Positions 1 to 12,271 of a stretch of DNA of 39,732 nt are shown piece after piece. The stretch covers positions 1-39,732 of the forward strand of contig RBZT01000987.1 in the NCBI GenBank assembly GCA_003693705.1, read 5' to 3'. Source of the DNA: Polymyxa betae A26-41. Its lineage: Eukaryota; Protista; Endomyxa: Phytomyxea. The notes under the pieces were generated by a model that was not told the DNA's origin, did no database searches, and saw only the letters and a program-made list of their open reading frames with translations. Within the stretch, counting starts at the first letter, position 1. Each line of letters starts with the position of its first letter. The translations under genes and the position numbers were made by a program.

Positions 1-448
1 CGAACGCTGTAATGAACTCTCGTGGACCGAGCTGCGAACCAGTGGCGACCGACAGCCTCTTGAAGGTCGGCAAACCAGATGGAAGAGAGAATCGGGTTGC
101 AGATGGCTGAAACGCCGAGGTCGGCAACGCCTGAACCGGTGCTGATGGCGTCGCCACGGAACGTAGAGCGGCTAAAGCTTGCGTCAGAGCGTTGACTACT
201 TCGGTTAGGCGGGACACGGTTGATTGGGCATTTCGAGGTTCGCGGGAAGCTACACCGTGTTCAGCAATGGCGTCTTCGAACTCTTGGACGGCGACGTCCA
301 GAGCTGCTTGATTGCGATTGATGGCGGCTTCGGTACGCGCGCTTGCAGTCAAGGCTTGAATGAGAGGTCCCACGGGCGGGGAGCTTGACTCGCCTGAGGA
401 GGCGACGTGATGAGCGTCCTGAGCAGGAGCGCTGTTAGCATCAGACAT
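1..448 (-). CDS. Gag-like ORF of an LTR retrotransposon (5' part; runs off the window)
   Basis: ATG at 448 opens an intronless, GC-rich frame to position 1: MSDANSAPAQDAHHVASSGESSSPPVGPLIQALTASARTEAAINRNQAALDVAVQEFEDAIAEHG...LPSGLPTFKRLSVATGSQLGPREFITAF. It starts 21 nt after an LTR-like element. The gag identity is inferred from position and composition. Confidence 0.65.
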   Translation of the reverse strand, partial: MSDANSAPAQDAHHVASSGESSSPPVGPLIQALTASARTEAAINRNQAALDVAVQEFEDAIAEHGVASREPRNAQSTVSRLTEVVNALTQALAALRSVATPSAPVQALPTSAFQPSATRFSLPSGLPTFKRLSVATGSQLGPREFITAF

Positions 449-469
449 AACGTATTCGTCGTAAAAAGA

Positions 470-679
470 TGTCAAGACAAGGGAGAGGAGGAATACGACG
501 ATACAAGACTAATCGTGTATTGAATAATAGAAGGGAAAACAACAGGAAGACATTGCACCGGAGGTGCGTGGCGGACTAAATTATATTATGGACTAAATTA
601 TGCTATGTTATGTCACTGTCAGTATTATGTTATGGACTAAATTATGTTATGTTATGTCACTGTCAGTCAGGACATGACA
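470..679 (-). mobile_element. 5' LTR (210 bp) of an LTR retrotransposon, probably Ty3/gypsy-like
   Basis: Bounded by TGTCA (470-474) and TGACA (675-679), i.e. TG...CA with a 5-bp inverted repeat. It has internal tandem repeats and lies just upstream of the gag-like ORF. The second LTR is outside the window. Confidence 0.7.
573..668. repeat. Imperfect tandem repeats inside the LTR (U3-like region)
   Basis: GGACTAAATTAT occurs three times, TATGTTATGTCACTGTCAGT twice, plus TTATG micro-repeats. Confidence 0.85.
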
Positions 680-1649
680 ATCTGGACCAGAAGATTCATG
701 GACCACCAATTTCTTAATCGATCTCGCTGCTGTTCGAGTGTCTGGAAATTGTCCTCCATTTTCTAAACCGGAAAGTCAGTTTACAAGCTAAGAGTGGGCA
801 TTCGGCTTGATCTGAGACGAAGATCTGGAGACACTGCTCTGAGAATAGATGGTACAATTTCAACCTTACCATCGAATGTATATTCACAGCAGTGAGCACA
901 TTGCTTAACAATTGACCAGCCAGATCCGCCAGTTTGAGCTTCAGCCGCTGTCCAAACGAACGGAGCTCGCTAGTGTTGCGGATGGGCACAGGTTGAGAGC
1001 CTGAACGCGCATCTGCGGCTCCGCGCGCCGTGCCCACTGCGAAATGATAGCTCTTCCCCAAGTGTTTGGATAATCTAATAAGAGCTTCTCCAAGGCCCCC
1101 AAGGTAGTAGTGTTTTTTCTATGCGTTGCTAAGAGAATTTAAATTCACCTATAAACGCATTCCTAACTTTATCTTTAGAAAATCAGTACAATTTTCATAG
1201 TTTGGGTGGGACTGCCACGTTTTGGAAATCAAATGATTCAGGAATTCTCAGAAACTAAAATAATTTCTTTTCATTTCCAGAACAGCGTTTGTTCGGTGTT
1301 TTCACCTACCCAAACTATCCATTATGCTTATTGCTGAGGTTTATTGTTGCTGTCTGGTTAAATGCGCCTCAATTATGCCCAACTGATCTAAAATTAAAAT
1401 TTTAACATTCATTTCAGTGAAATTTTCGATGGAATGCAGAGAAACTGATTGTGATCCATTGTATGCACAATTTGAACATGTAATCAAGACTACGATGAAA
1501 GTCGATGATGTTGAAGAGACCCAACATAAATCTCTAAAAGAGCCATAGTTTGATTGAAAGGAACCATTCATTGTCTTCATTCAAATTTGTCATTGAACTG
1601 GCACGCAGCTGATCTTAGAGTAAGAACTGAAATTTAAAATTCCTAATTA

Positions 1650-4057
1650 TTATTGAGGTAGATGTAAATTTGTGTCAAATAACGTATATAAACGGCCTGA
1701 TGGGCTTCCTATTGATTCAATACAACAAATGAATATATGGTTCTCTTTCAATATCAACTCCAATCGCGATCTCAATGTTTGCAACGTCTCTTCATTCACT
1801 TTTAAATCAGCAGCTCTTAATCCGCCAAGCAACCCCATCTGAAATGAATATTAGGACAGTCTGAGCGGGTTTCCGAATCGTACCGCTTCGTGATGTGTGC
1901 AATAAATTCTGATAGAGCCAGTAGCATCTTCACACAGTAAAAGAAATGACCAGATCCAGACAGCTTCAATATGAGGACCACAATGAAAACAAGTTGACGC
2001 TCCATTGGTTCTAAATAACAAGTTTTAATCTTGGGATTCTGATTATGGAAAAACCTGACAGCCTGCAACACTTGAAACAGATCCTTTGCGAGCATAAGGT
2101 GAAATCACGAGGAATGATATCAACGACACGAACTCTGCAGCTAAACTTGAAGACATCCTAAACATTAAATCAGATCAACAAATGAGAAAGTGAGAAGCCG
2201 AGCCTTGGAACATTTGAGTATGGCTTTAATAGGTGATGTTGCAACATAGTCGTGCTTTGTTGTTGATATAACAATCACTTCATTAGACATCTACATACAT
2301 GTTAGAGACTAATTGGAATCATAATAACAGAATCTATACTGTCGATGCATTATTGCACTGAATATCTGGCTGAGGGAATGTCTTGTCCATCTCGTTCGTT
2401 TGAAAATCAGACGACCCCAACTGTGCCGTATCAATGCATTTTGTCAATTCCTGATAATATCGCTGCAGATTCATGACGCAAAACTTCTCATGTTCTGTTA
2501 GAGGTGAGCAATCTGAGGATCGTTGCTGATAAGGCTGAATGCTCATTAGAAAGCATTAGCAAACAATGTCATCTTTACCAGAAGGGTTGGATTACTGCTG
2601 TTTGCAGCAAAGATCATCCATTGGACCTGTTTATCGACACAAAGATGGATTTTTCGATTATAGTGTTGTAATCGTCCAATACGAATTAGAACGATGTCGC
2701 CTTGGGTCTGAACTTTAGGTAAATTTATCTGAATCAAACGTTTGTGATATTGCAGACAACAAAGAACTTTTCACTACCGGATTATTGAAGAAATTCACAA
2801 CAAAAAATTCACCCTCTGCCAGACTTTGATCAGATATCTATTTAGAGTTAAAAATGAAGGCAAACATCATGAATAACAGATCCGACTTTGAGAGTGATTT
2901 TAAAATCAGCTCCAGCCGTGCGCTTAGGCATTTCCCAAGCAACAATATACCCAATAATATTGGGATTCTTACGATTATTAAATTGAATTCTATTTTGTAA
3001 TCCACAATACAAGAACTGAATTAGACAGAACTCATGAGCAGAAGCGAGACAGTTCGAAGAGAAATTGTTCAGCTCAGAATTTGAGAGACAGAATAGATCT
3101 GCTCCAGGTCGAGAAGCCCGAATATCGTTAAAAGTTCTCTAAAAACAAGATTAGCATTAATACAAGCAATTGCTTATCAAGAAATTCACAATTATTATGG
3201 TGGACATTGATTCTCTGCATATGATAGTACGTGGTTCTACCAATTGAAAATCAGAAATACAGAGCGCTGTTGTCTGAATAAGCTGCTTCATGACCTCGTT
3301 TAAAGATGCTCTGCAATCTATAAGCAGCTACAACAATCAATAAGTAACTACACGATAGATACAAATATGTAGTTATCGAACTCGGTATTCATCTGTTGAC
3401 CATTTTTCTAAAGCATCTACAACGATCAAAGTAAAACATCGCCAATCCGGATAGTCTTGAGTTGAGGAAGACTGTTTAAAGGAATATTTGAGGTTATCCA
3501 AAAGGGAGACCAAAAGATAACCTGTGCTTCAATGGCGATTGGAAATACGGCTATTGTAGGATTGTTCTGTGACCCAGGAGTCGATTCCCAGCTTGCAAAA
3601 GTCTTGGCCAAACTGACAATATTTCGATCATTTCGCATTGAATATGATACGGACCCTCATATAATGTCTGATAATGTCATTGTTTCTTGTCTGATTATAT
3701 TAGCTAGACCGTATATGAACAACATTATCATGAAATAGGCAATTCTTTGTCTGCTAACAATTCCAATCAACATGGTAGCGAAGCAATGATTGCTTCCGAA
3801 GTCAACTGATCATGGAGTAATGCAACAGAGTTAATGAGCAGATAACACAGTGATATGAGCTGGCAGTCGTTAATAAAAAAATTTGATTGACCGGGATTCA
3901 ACCGAATATTTATATTTGCGATGAACGTCAAGATTTGGGATGAAAAAAGCATAAGGAACAAACGGTGCAATAAGAATTTTGGAATTAATAACAGTTTCAC
4001 ATAATCTCCTATACAATGTAATCAGATACCAAGCCCAATAAAATATCGTTTCCTCAT
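1650..4057 (-). CDS. POT1: POT1/TEBP-alpha-like telomere ssDNA-binding OB-fold protein (multi-exon; 5' end uncertain)
   Basis: Spliced exons give an OB1-like stretch NPNIIGYIVAWEMPKRTAGADFKITLK|ISDQSLAEGEFFVVNFFNNP|INLPKVQTQGDIVLIRIGRLQHYNRKIHLCVDKQVQWMIF, then LTEHEKFCVMNLQRYY. C-terminal OB3-like motifs follow: VFKFSCRVRVVDIIP and HIFICCIESIGSPSGRLYTLFDT...* (stop at 1650). These match the POT1 family pattern. Confidence 0.72.
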
Positions 4058-4138
4058 GGAGATGAACAGAAGGAGATTTTGGCACTTTATAGTGTTAACA
4101 TTAACGCCAGATATGGCAGAATTAGCACAGATCAGTGA

Positions 4139-7045
4139 TTAAGCAGCTTCCGTCACCTCTTCATCGATTCCATCTATAGATCAGTCGATTTCTCACATTT
4201 TACAAAATACAATAACGTGTCATTACCATATTGATCAGGTTTCTGAGATATTTCAGAGCTGATTTCATCTTGCCTTGGGAACATCTCAGAGACAGACATA
4301 TCTGGATCAACATTGATGGCGCTTGGTCTCAACAATGAAATATTAGGAGTGATGCCTCTGGAAATCAACAGCTCGCCTTCTTCACTGCCATCATTGACTT
4401 GTGAAGTGTCGTCAGAGATGCTTTCCTGGGAGATCGACTCCTGAGAAGAAGGTTCTGGGATGTGAGGTTCAGATTCATTTTCTGATGGTTCAACTGGAGA
4501 TGTAGCAGATGTAGCTGTCAGAGATTGCGATTCGATAGATCCGCTGCTGGCCTCAAGAAGACAACGTGGTGTTGACGCAGAAGACTCCAACTCTCGTTGC
4601 CTCCTACAAAAGAACTTAACCCTAATATGCAAAGAGTGAACAACATTTACTTTCGAATTTCATCACCAGTTAATGCACCCATTTGCTGTAGAAATAGAGC
4701 GGTTTCTGTATGTCGTCCTGCAATTGCATCATCAAGCGGCGTCCTACACAATGATCAGCAATACGAAGCTTGGTAACAGTTTGGATTACCGCCCCCAACG
4801 ATCCATTGGTGATAAGTCTTCAATGTCGCTCAGACTGCAAATGTATTTGACACATTCAAGACTTCCTTCAGCAGCACTTAGGTGTAAGGCAGTTCTAAAA
4901 GCCATTTCTCATGGAGCCGATGATACTGTTAATCTCCTTTACCTCGAATCATAATCAGAAACGTCTAATTGGTTGCCTCTACCAATTAGGCGTTGTAGCT
5001 CCTTAATGTCTCCAGAAGCAGCAGAAAATAACAAGGCAATCGTGTCAGAGCTCGCTTGGCGAGGATCACGAATATTCCTTTCTTCCTTTGAATACTAACA
5101 ATACAAAATTAATAAAAGCAGCGATTAAGTACGTTTAGAGACTAACCTGCTCATGAGTTACGATAGAATCGAACATGTGAAATTTGAACAATTTCCCAAT
5201 AGCTTGCGAGAACTACAGATAACTGATGAGACGCACTGGACAGCAATACTCAGTTTGTATTACCTGGACAGCTCGAGCACTATTGCCATTTTCATCAAGA
5301 CGAGGACTGTATATAGCAATGCCCATAAAATTGGGAATCACCAAATAAACAATACCAGACACCTATTAACATAAATTCATATGATGAAACTGAGTATTGA
5401 AACTATGTATACTCCTGATTTGGAAGGCACGCCAACAGAGAATTGCCATTCTCCACTAAAATCGTACATCCCTATTGATAAGTACTGAGAATGGCGTGAT
5501 TTGCACAAAAACAATCGTACCAGTTGACAGCATGAGAGATAGTCCATTTCTTACAGTATCTGGGTTAAAAATACGTTCGTGAGTGAATGGATTCACACCA
5601 CCAGTTGCCAATGATGCTATACATAAATTAATAATCAGATAACTAAGCATTTGGAAACCTTTACCAGCCAGAGTAGCCATCTTCTCTGAATCGGCTTCAA
5701 TCGAGCAGGTTTGGAAGTAGCAATCCAGTACTTGTTTCGGGTTCGTGTTAGGCGGAAAACATCCCGCATCCTTATCAAATTCAACGCTATGAACCATTCA
5801 ACTAATAGCAAATCCTTACCAACATCATGTAAGTTAAGCACCAATTGCGGTTAGCTGTTTCTTTCTCGCTTAAGTATGTAGAGTTGGAGAAATCCTATTG
5901 ATCGAATAAGACCTTTTGAAAAATACAGCAATGAGTAGTCACGAACCGGTCGAACGCCACCAAACAATTTCTTCCAAACAGCAAGCAGAGACTTGAACCT
6001 TTCCGACATTGAATCATAACCCTCTACTAAAAAACAGCATGAGAAATATATCGATATATTGGGACAATGTCATTACGTAATAAGGCACAGGTCATAATAG
6101 CTCCACTGTTGATCATGGGATTATGAGGAATGGCTTTCATATTGCTATCATTGCATGCCTTTAGGCATATGGAGTTAAATGGTAATCCAGATGGCTCACG
6201 TCCAACGTGTTTATGTACGTAATCCATTCTAAGAAATACATCCTAAATAAATCTACTCCAGGATATAGATACATAGTTACCCCTTCTCTTGAAGAGCCAT
6301 CATGTACGAGATAGGTTTAGCAGTTGATTGTACTGAAAACGCAGCCTGACTATCTCCATGGGCTAAATGCAGTAATGAAAACAGATTCAGGTTCAGTAAT
6401 AAACACAATCTTACCCCAAGTTTGTCCATCAACTGTACATACAGCAATGGCAAATAGATCAGGATTGACGCTTTGTAGTTCTGGAATCTACTACAAATTT
6501 AACACCTGAGTTCTGACAATGTCGGCAATTTACATAGCCAGCAACGGATCCGGATCTGTTCTCTTTAACGATATCAAACACTTCTACCAAATTAGAGCAG
6601 AAGCCTTGAAAATCGGAAATGACAAGGCAACCTGTTGGTTTCTGTGAAAATCAGAGGCAACAACTAAAGGAAAAATAGTACCAGAAATGGCCTTGTTGAT
6701 GAGTGAAATATTTTCATATGAGACATGAGCAAATGTGTCTAAATCCATATGTACATCCTGATAAACGGCATTAAGACCTTGCAATTTGCTGTAAGTCTCT
6801 GCCAAACGAAGATCTTTGTCAATATGCAAGCCACAAGATGCTAATTCGGATATCAGCTTCATTGACGACACAAGCCCTTCATTGTTCGCATCCAACGCCT
6901 GAAATGTCAACTGGCAGTGCCTTGAAATACGCCTATAAACGAGACGCTTACAAAGAGATTCAAGATCGAAAAATTTCCGTTGAAAACTTTGACTGAAGTC
7001 CAGATCCAAAGAGCTTATAGTTTCATATACAGTTTGTAAGGACAT
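4139..7045 (-). CDS. GLS: Glutaminase with N-terminal EF-hand-like region, C-terminal ankyrin repeats and an acidic Ser-rich tail (multi-exon)
   Basis: Motifs: GSVAGY|IPELQSVNPDLFAIAVCTVDGQ, catalytic SxxK in FSVQSTAKP, HVGREPSGLPFN, PHNPMINSGAIMTC, LDCYFQTCSIE, LATGGVNPFT. Ankyrin repeats: DYDSR|TALHLSAAEGSLECVKY and MDRWG|TPLDDA. The 4174-4632 ORF splices in frame as the tail, ending DGIDEEVTEAA* at 4139. The start codon is uncertain. Confidence 0.93.
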
Positions 7046-7595
7046 GAAAGTCAAAAGGTCTGATGAAAATGGCAGAAAACACTCGTATTAAAGTGAAACA
7101 TGAAATGGGCGCAGCCTTATTAAGCGACATGCAGGACGCGGCGGTAAAGTCGCTAACTTGGACGGCATGGCATAGAAGTAACTCCCATATTAGACATTTC
7201 CAGGGTTCAAATGACATTCTTAAAGTTCAACAGACACAAATACAACAAAGGTAAACCACAAGAAATAGGACATGTTGAAGTCCATTATATAAGAGCAGAG
7301 CAGTTACAACTTACTTCTTTCTAGCTAGCTCCATGCCAGCTGTATCCTGGCTCGGTGCTGACCAAAACTCGTTGTCACGATTGTGCATATTCCGCGTCTG
7401 CAACTCAATTGAAAATCGTGCTGCCCTCTGTGATTGTAGATCGCGATTAGTTGAACGTTTGGCCTGCCAAATACTAAATTGCGAGCAAGGAGATCCTATA
7501 AACAGAAAGGTATCGAAAATAGATTGGTGAGACAGTACGCGAGTTCCGCGATCAAATTCGTAACGTGATATCCGTCGGAAGTCGGAACTTTCGGA

Positions 7596-7810
7596 CAATT
7601 AGTCACCCCCCCCCCCCCAGGCCTCCAGGACCCAGGTAGGAATCTCTGTTCTGTCGGTTGTAGCAATGCAGTTAGGTCCTGCCTTTGACTTCAACTGGTT
7701 ATAATTCCAATTAGTCACCCCCAGGCTCCTAGGACCTGGTACGAATCTCTGTTCTGTCGGTTGTAGCAATGCTGTTAGGTTCTGCCTTTGACTTCAAATG
7801 GTTATAATCC
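7596..7810. repeat. Two-copy tandem duplication (~105-110 bp unit)
   Basis: CAATTAGTCACCCC...GAATCTCTGTTCTGTCGGTTGTAGCAATGC.GTTAGGT.CTGCCTTTGACTTCAA.TGGTTATAAT occurs at ~7596-7707 and ~7708-7810. Copy 1 has an expanded C-run. Confidence 0.9.
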
Positions 7811-8064
7811 CCTGGGTCAGTATACGTCGATGTTTTGCTGCCATTGAATGTATTGCTCCCCTGGTCCTGTTTCGTTTGAGAAAGATTCTTTTGATTTGTA
7901 GCCAGTAAATGTAATTCTTTCATTATCCTCGCTGAGATTCCAACCAACCGATATCCTGTTTCCTGTTTTTGGCAGCGCAACGCCTATTCCATTGCTTACA
8001 ATTTGAACTCTTCCAATAAGTTATGTGATTACATTATATGTTTTGTCGAGCGGTTAAACAGAAA

Positions 8065-8607
8065 TTATGAAATATGATTAAGAGCGTCGTATTTACAGTG
8101 ATCTTTCTTAACGGATGACTGCAAATGCTCGAGTTCGCTTTGGTCCACGACTATAGTGACCGTTCTTTTTAACAATTGTCCCCGAATATTGCGATTGGAT
8201 TCTTTAATATGAACGGATCCATCTAAATGTTTAGGATTGATAACCGTCATATACGTTGATTCAGTTGGGGTATTATGCACAAGACATTGGCTAAGCTTGC
8301 TTGGAGTTGGAGGACGTACACTAACTTGCATATATCCACACGATTGAGCAAGACTGCTATTTGTAAATGGAGCCCAAAATCCATCAAGATGCCCGGCGTA
8401 TTCATCCGAATCGATTTCCGGCTTGGTTGAGCCTGGACGTTGCGGAACAGGCATGGCCGGCGATGACGGTGGAGAACTGTTTTCGAATATTGATCCTAGC
8501 TTGGGCCAGAGGTCCTGTGCTTGTTCAGAAGATGATGAAATAACAAGCGTGTTTTATACCTCGATAGCTGGATCATTGGGCATATAGACAGATCTAAATG
8601 GATGCAT
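8065..8607 (-). CDS. Hypothetical protein (at least 2 exons; boundaries uncertain)
   Basis: MHPFRSVYMPNDPAIE|45-nt GT-AG intron|DLWPKLGSIFENSSPPSSPAMPVPQRP... joins the 129-aa ORF in frame. No recognisable domain. Confidence 0.4.
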
Positions 8608-9034
8608 AGAACCATTAAGATCAATGACATTTCAATTGCCGTGACAGAATCTATCTCTCTAATGGATCATTTTCTCGAGCATTTATTTCTCTAGGACCCA
8701 TCATAACCTGCTCAGGAGCATTACCAGATCGATACCATTCATTAGCATATGTTAGACCGTTCTCCATTTGAAGTGCCCATGGTCACGGCAGCTTGGGCCA
8801 TGCAGATAGCCGAACATAGTGGGCGGTTTTCTGTTTGCTTATGATATGGTAGGTTGAGTAAATGAAGGGCCCGTCACGTTGAGGCGTGTTCTCTAGAAGA
8901 AACTGTGGACAGACGTTGATCATCTCTCCAAAGAGTGAAATCGTGTGAACGCAATCCATAAATCAGTTGCAGCCAGTTCCACTAAATTTCTTCTGCTGGT
9001 CCACAAATTGTTGATAACTTGACATCGAGGTCTC

Positions 9035-12000
9035 ATGGCGCCCATTCGTAAGCGCAAGCCTGCTATTGTAGCAAAAGTACTTCCAATGATATATATTGAA
9101 TTCTGAATTATCCACTTGATCTGTCTCAGATTTATCAATTGATTTTGTATTCGCTTTCCTTTATGTAATGTGGAGTTTAGAATTCAATGCCATCCTAGGT
9201 TGATTTAACTACTGGGAAATGCACTCACTTGTCTTGTATTGATTCTGCCGTTGTCTTAGCACGAGTACTGATCATTAATTGTTTCCTGTAACCGTTTCAA
9301 CAATTAATGAACAGATTGGTAATCCATCACGATGGGCCTGTGATGAATGTAGTTCAAACACCGAGTCGGTTTGGCTTTGTCTTCAATGTGGACATACCGG
9401 TAGAATTTACTGCTATTGAAATGTGTTATTACTCGAGTTGATAATATTTCTAGGATGTGGAAGAACTTGCAGGTGCATTTGATTGCTGATGACACTTTAT
9501 TTACTTGACAAGTTTAATCACTAACATTCTTTCGCTTCTTGTTAAGACGATATTCAGGAAAATGCATGCAAAAAGACATTTCGATAACACCCACCATCCT
9601 GTGGTACTCCACATTAATCAAAAAGTAACCAATAGCAATTATCACCTACTCCAAACTTATGCTAAAACAGATGCCGTTTTGTTATGACTGTGATGAATGG
9701 GTGGTTAATGACCATCAACGAGGTTCGCTGATGGATTTAATCTTCCGTCTTTTCTAAGCTGCGTTAGGCTACATTGCCTTGTTCCGCGAACAGATCTCGC
9801 GATTACAGAATCAAACCTTTGAGCGGAGCACCACTCGAAATGTAACAGAACAGGTCTTCATAATATGCTATGATATCAGTTTCATCAGGGAACCGAAATT
9901 CGCTCAGCGAGTACTCGATTCCAGTTTATCGACCCTGGTGATAGCTCCAAAAGCGATGCCGGAAAGTCAGGTTGAAGTTAATGATGTATATTGGTTTGAA
10001 AACCAATTTATTTTTCCTATTTCACAGGGTTTTCTGCCGCATTCACTGCTCAGCGACATCATCAATTAGCATTACTTAAACGATCCATCATAAACTGGAA
10101 GAAACTCAAGGTACGATTCAACTTCTTCGTTTCCAAGTTTCAGATGAACTGTGATGCTATTTCTGGCATTCGCTTAAAGCAATCAGAAAGCTAGACTGAG
10201 ATCCCATCATAGAATCTTCCGTCTGGAGTGGCAAGTACAGTATCAACCGCTCCTTCATCTCGCATAGGTTCTCCACAAAGGGGGAAGTTTGCTGGTCGTA
10301 CTGGTTTGAGAAACGTTGGGAATACATGCTATCAAAATGCCACATTAATGTCGGGATCTATAAATCTCAACAACTAGAACAATTTGAACTAATCTCTACT
10401 CAGGGCATTGTCCTCCCTCTCTACTATTAGAGAATTGTTTTCACAATCCAGTTTGCCTTGTAATGTTTTCAAGCGAAGATCATCCGAAGAAATCTACGTA
10501 GAAAGCATAAACGCTCAGTATTCCTGCTCAAAAACCAGTATGCCGAGAACATATAATTCTCGATTCTTATAAAGCATTTTCTGTTTAGTGAAGCAAACCA
10601 GTAAACCCTCAAAGAGCGATGATGATAGCACGACTGTTCTGGCACAGCTTCAGAAGCTTTTTCGTATAGTATGGTCTGGAAAGGTTCTGCTGCACTTTCA
10701 GTTGTATTGGTCTGTCTATTAATCGAATTTGTTTTGTTAGTGGGCCGGAATCTGTCCTGCATTTTTTGTCAAGTCGTTCATGGCTTCTTCACCGACGTTT
10801 AGAGTAACGGGACTGAATGATTGAAGTTTGCAATACTGACTGCGATTCATGCTAGGGATATATGCAGCATGTGTGTTGAAGCTAGAAAGCATATCCCATT
10901 ATTTTTAACCCTGGTTGTTGCAGGATGCTCACGAATTCTACACGATGCTATTAGATTCGATAACATCGTGTCCAAATGACCCTAAACCTATTAGGCAATC
11001 TATAGTGGAAAGGTTTGGATTTGTATATTTTACAATACGAATCATTGAGTATCCTTCCAGTTTAACCTGCTATCAGATCTCAATGACATTGTGTAATCAG
11101 TGTCATTGTAAAAGCACATACGAATTCCCTGGTAATACATGCATCACTCTTGGTATGGAACAATATGGGTTTGAACCAGTACTGCTTATTTACAATGTTT
11201 TCAGACTTAGATGCTGCATGCTCTAGGTAGGTATCTATATGCAGCTGAATTTAGTTTAAACAATCTTCGTTTCAACACATAGCAATAGGAGTTCAGACGA
11301 AGAAGCTAGCAAAACATCATCTAGTAGACCCCGTCGTAGCGCTGCTATGTACGATATCCCTCGAGATTGTCATCTCAATGATTGTCTCCGTGTCATTACT
11401 GAACCGATACAACTGACTGGCAATTCCCTTTATAGGTAATCTTGCTTTTTCATTCCAAAACTTTTACACTCTAATCTCAATTCTCATTTTTGTTGAATCT
11501 AAGAGTTTAACTTACAAACGCGTATTAATACTTATGCGGGACTCTATTAGATGTGAATCGAAGCATTGCAAAGGATCTCTTGTTTCCGCAACGAAACGGG
11601 ATTATTTCCGTTTGTTATCATCATGTGTAGTATTTCATATCAATCGAACTAAATGGGATTCAAAAGGCAAGAGAAAGGTCAGCCATTAACATGCTTCTTT
11701 TTTGTAGTCAAAGCAATTCTGGATGTCATTGTTATTACACAGATTTTACACGGAATCTCATTTCCGTTGAAAAATTTGGATCTCAGCTGTCTATTAAGCG
11801 AAGGAAGCAACTCTCCTGGCAAATACACTCTCAAAGGTGTTGTGATGCATCACGGCGAAGGTGAATTTTTCAGTTTTTGTTTTTTCGAGGTTTATGGTTA
11901 TTTTGTTCATCTAGTTTTTTCTTATTTAATCAAAACTCTAAATTAGCTTTTTAGGAATAGACCAAGGTAATGTTTCATTAAGAATCGGGCATTGTGGATA

Positions 12001-12168
12001 TCATTTGCTGACCCCTGTTGAGGGCATTACACTGCTTTATGCTATCGCGAAGAAATCAAATCTTATGTGGCATTTAATGACCTGACATCGGAGGTCATAC
12101 CTGAAAATGACATAACCGATGGCATTTATGAAGGTCATCCGTATCTTTTACTTTATGAAAGGAGTTAG
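9035..12168 (+). CDS. Ubiquitin-specific protease (peptidase C19) with N-terminal zf-UBP domain, USP3/44/49-like (multi-exon)
   Basis: zf-UBP: WACDECSSNTESVWLCLQCGHTG|CGR..HAKRHFDNTHHP..FCYDCDEWV. Cys box: GRTGLRNVGNTCYQNA. Also QDAHEF, ISFPLKNLDL, His box YTLKGVVMHHG..GHYTALC..VAFND, and end PYLLLYERS* at 12168. The start is tentative. Confidence 0.92.
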
Positions 12169-12271
12169 TGATGTTTATAAAATGATAAAACTCGGCAAGT
12201 AAAAAGCTTTTGCAAAGCAAATACTGCAACCACCGTTGGCCACATAAGGTGTATTACAACAATCATGATCA

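Noticed and set aside
1341-1580. 79-aa ORF as the last POT1 exon
   Set aside because: The POT1-type C-terminus and stop are already at 1650, and this ORF has no recognisable motif.
3426-3475. LPQLKTIRIGDVLL as a second OB-fold LP..GD motif
   Set aside because: It ends in a stop and fits within a ~56-nt GT-AG intron, so it is probably coincidental.
4174-4632. 152-aa Ser/Glu-rich ORF as a standalone gene or the POT1 N-terminus
   Set aside because: It splices in frame to the glutaminase ankyrin exon (DEIRK|RQRE) and to a final exon ending at 4139.
6000-6540. Apparent in-frame TAG stops in glutaminase suggesting readthrough or a variant genetic code
   Set aside because: They are resolved by canonical GT-AG introns with tandem TAGTAG acceptors, and the standard code works throughout.
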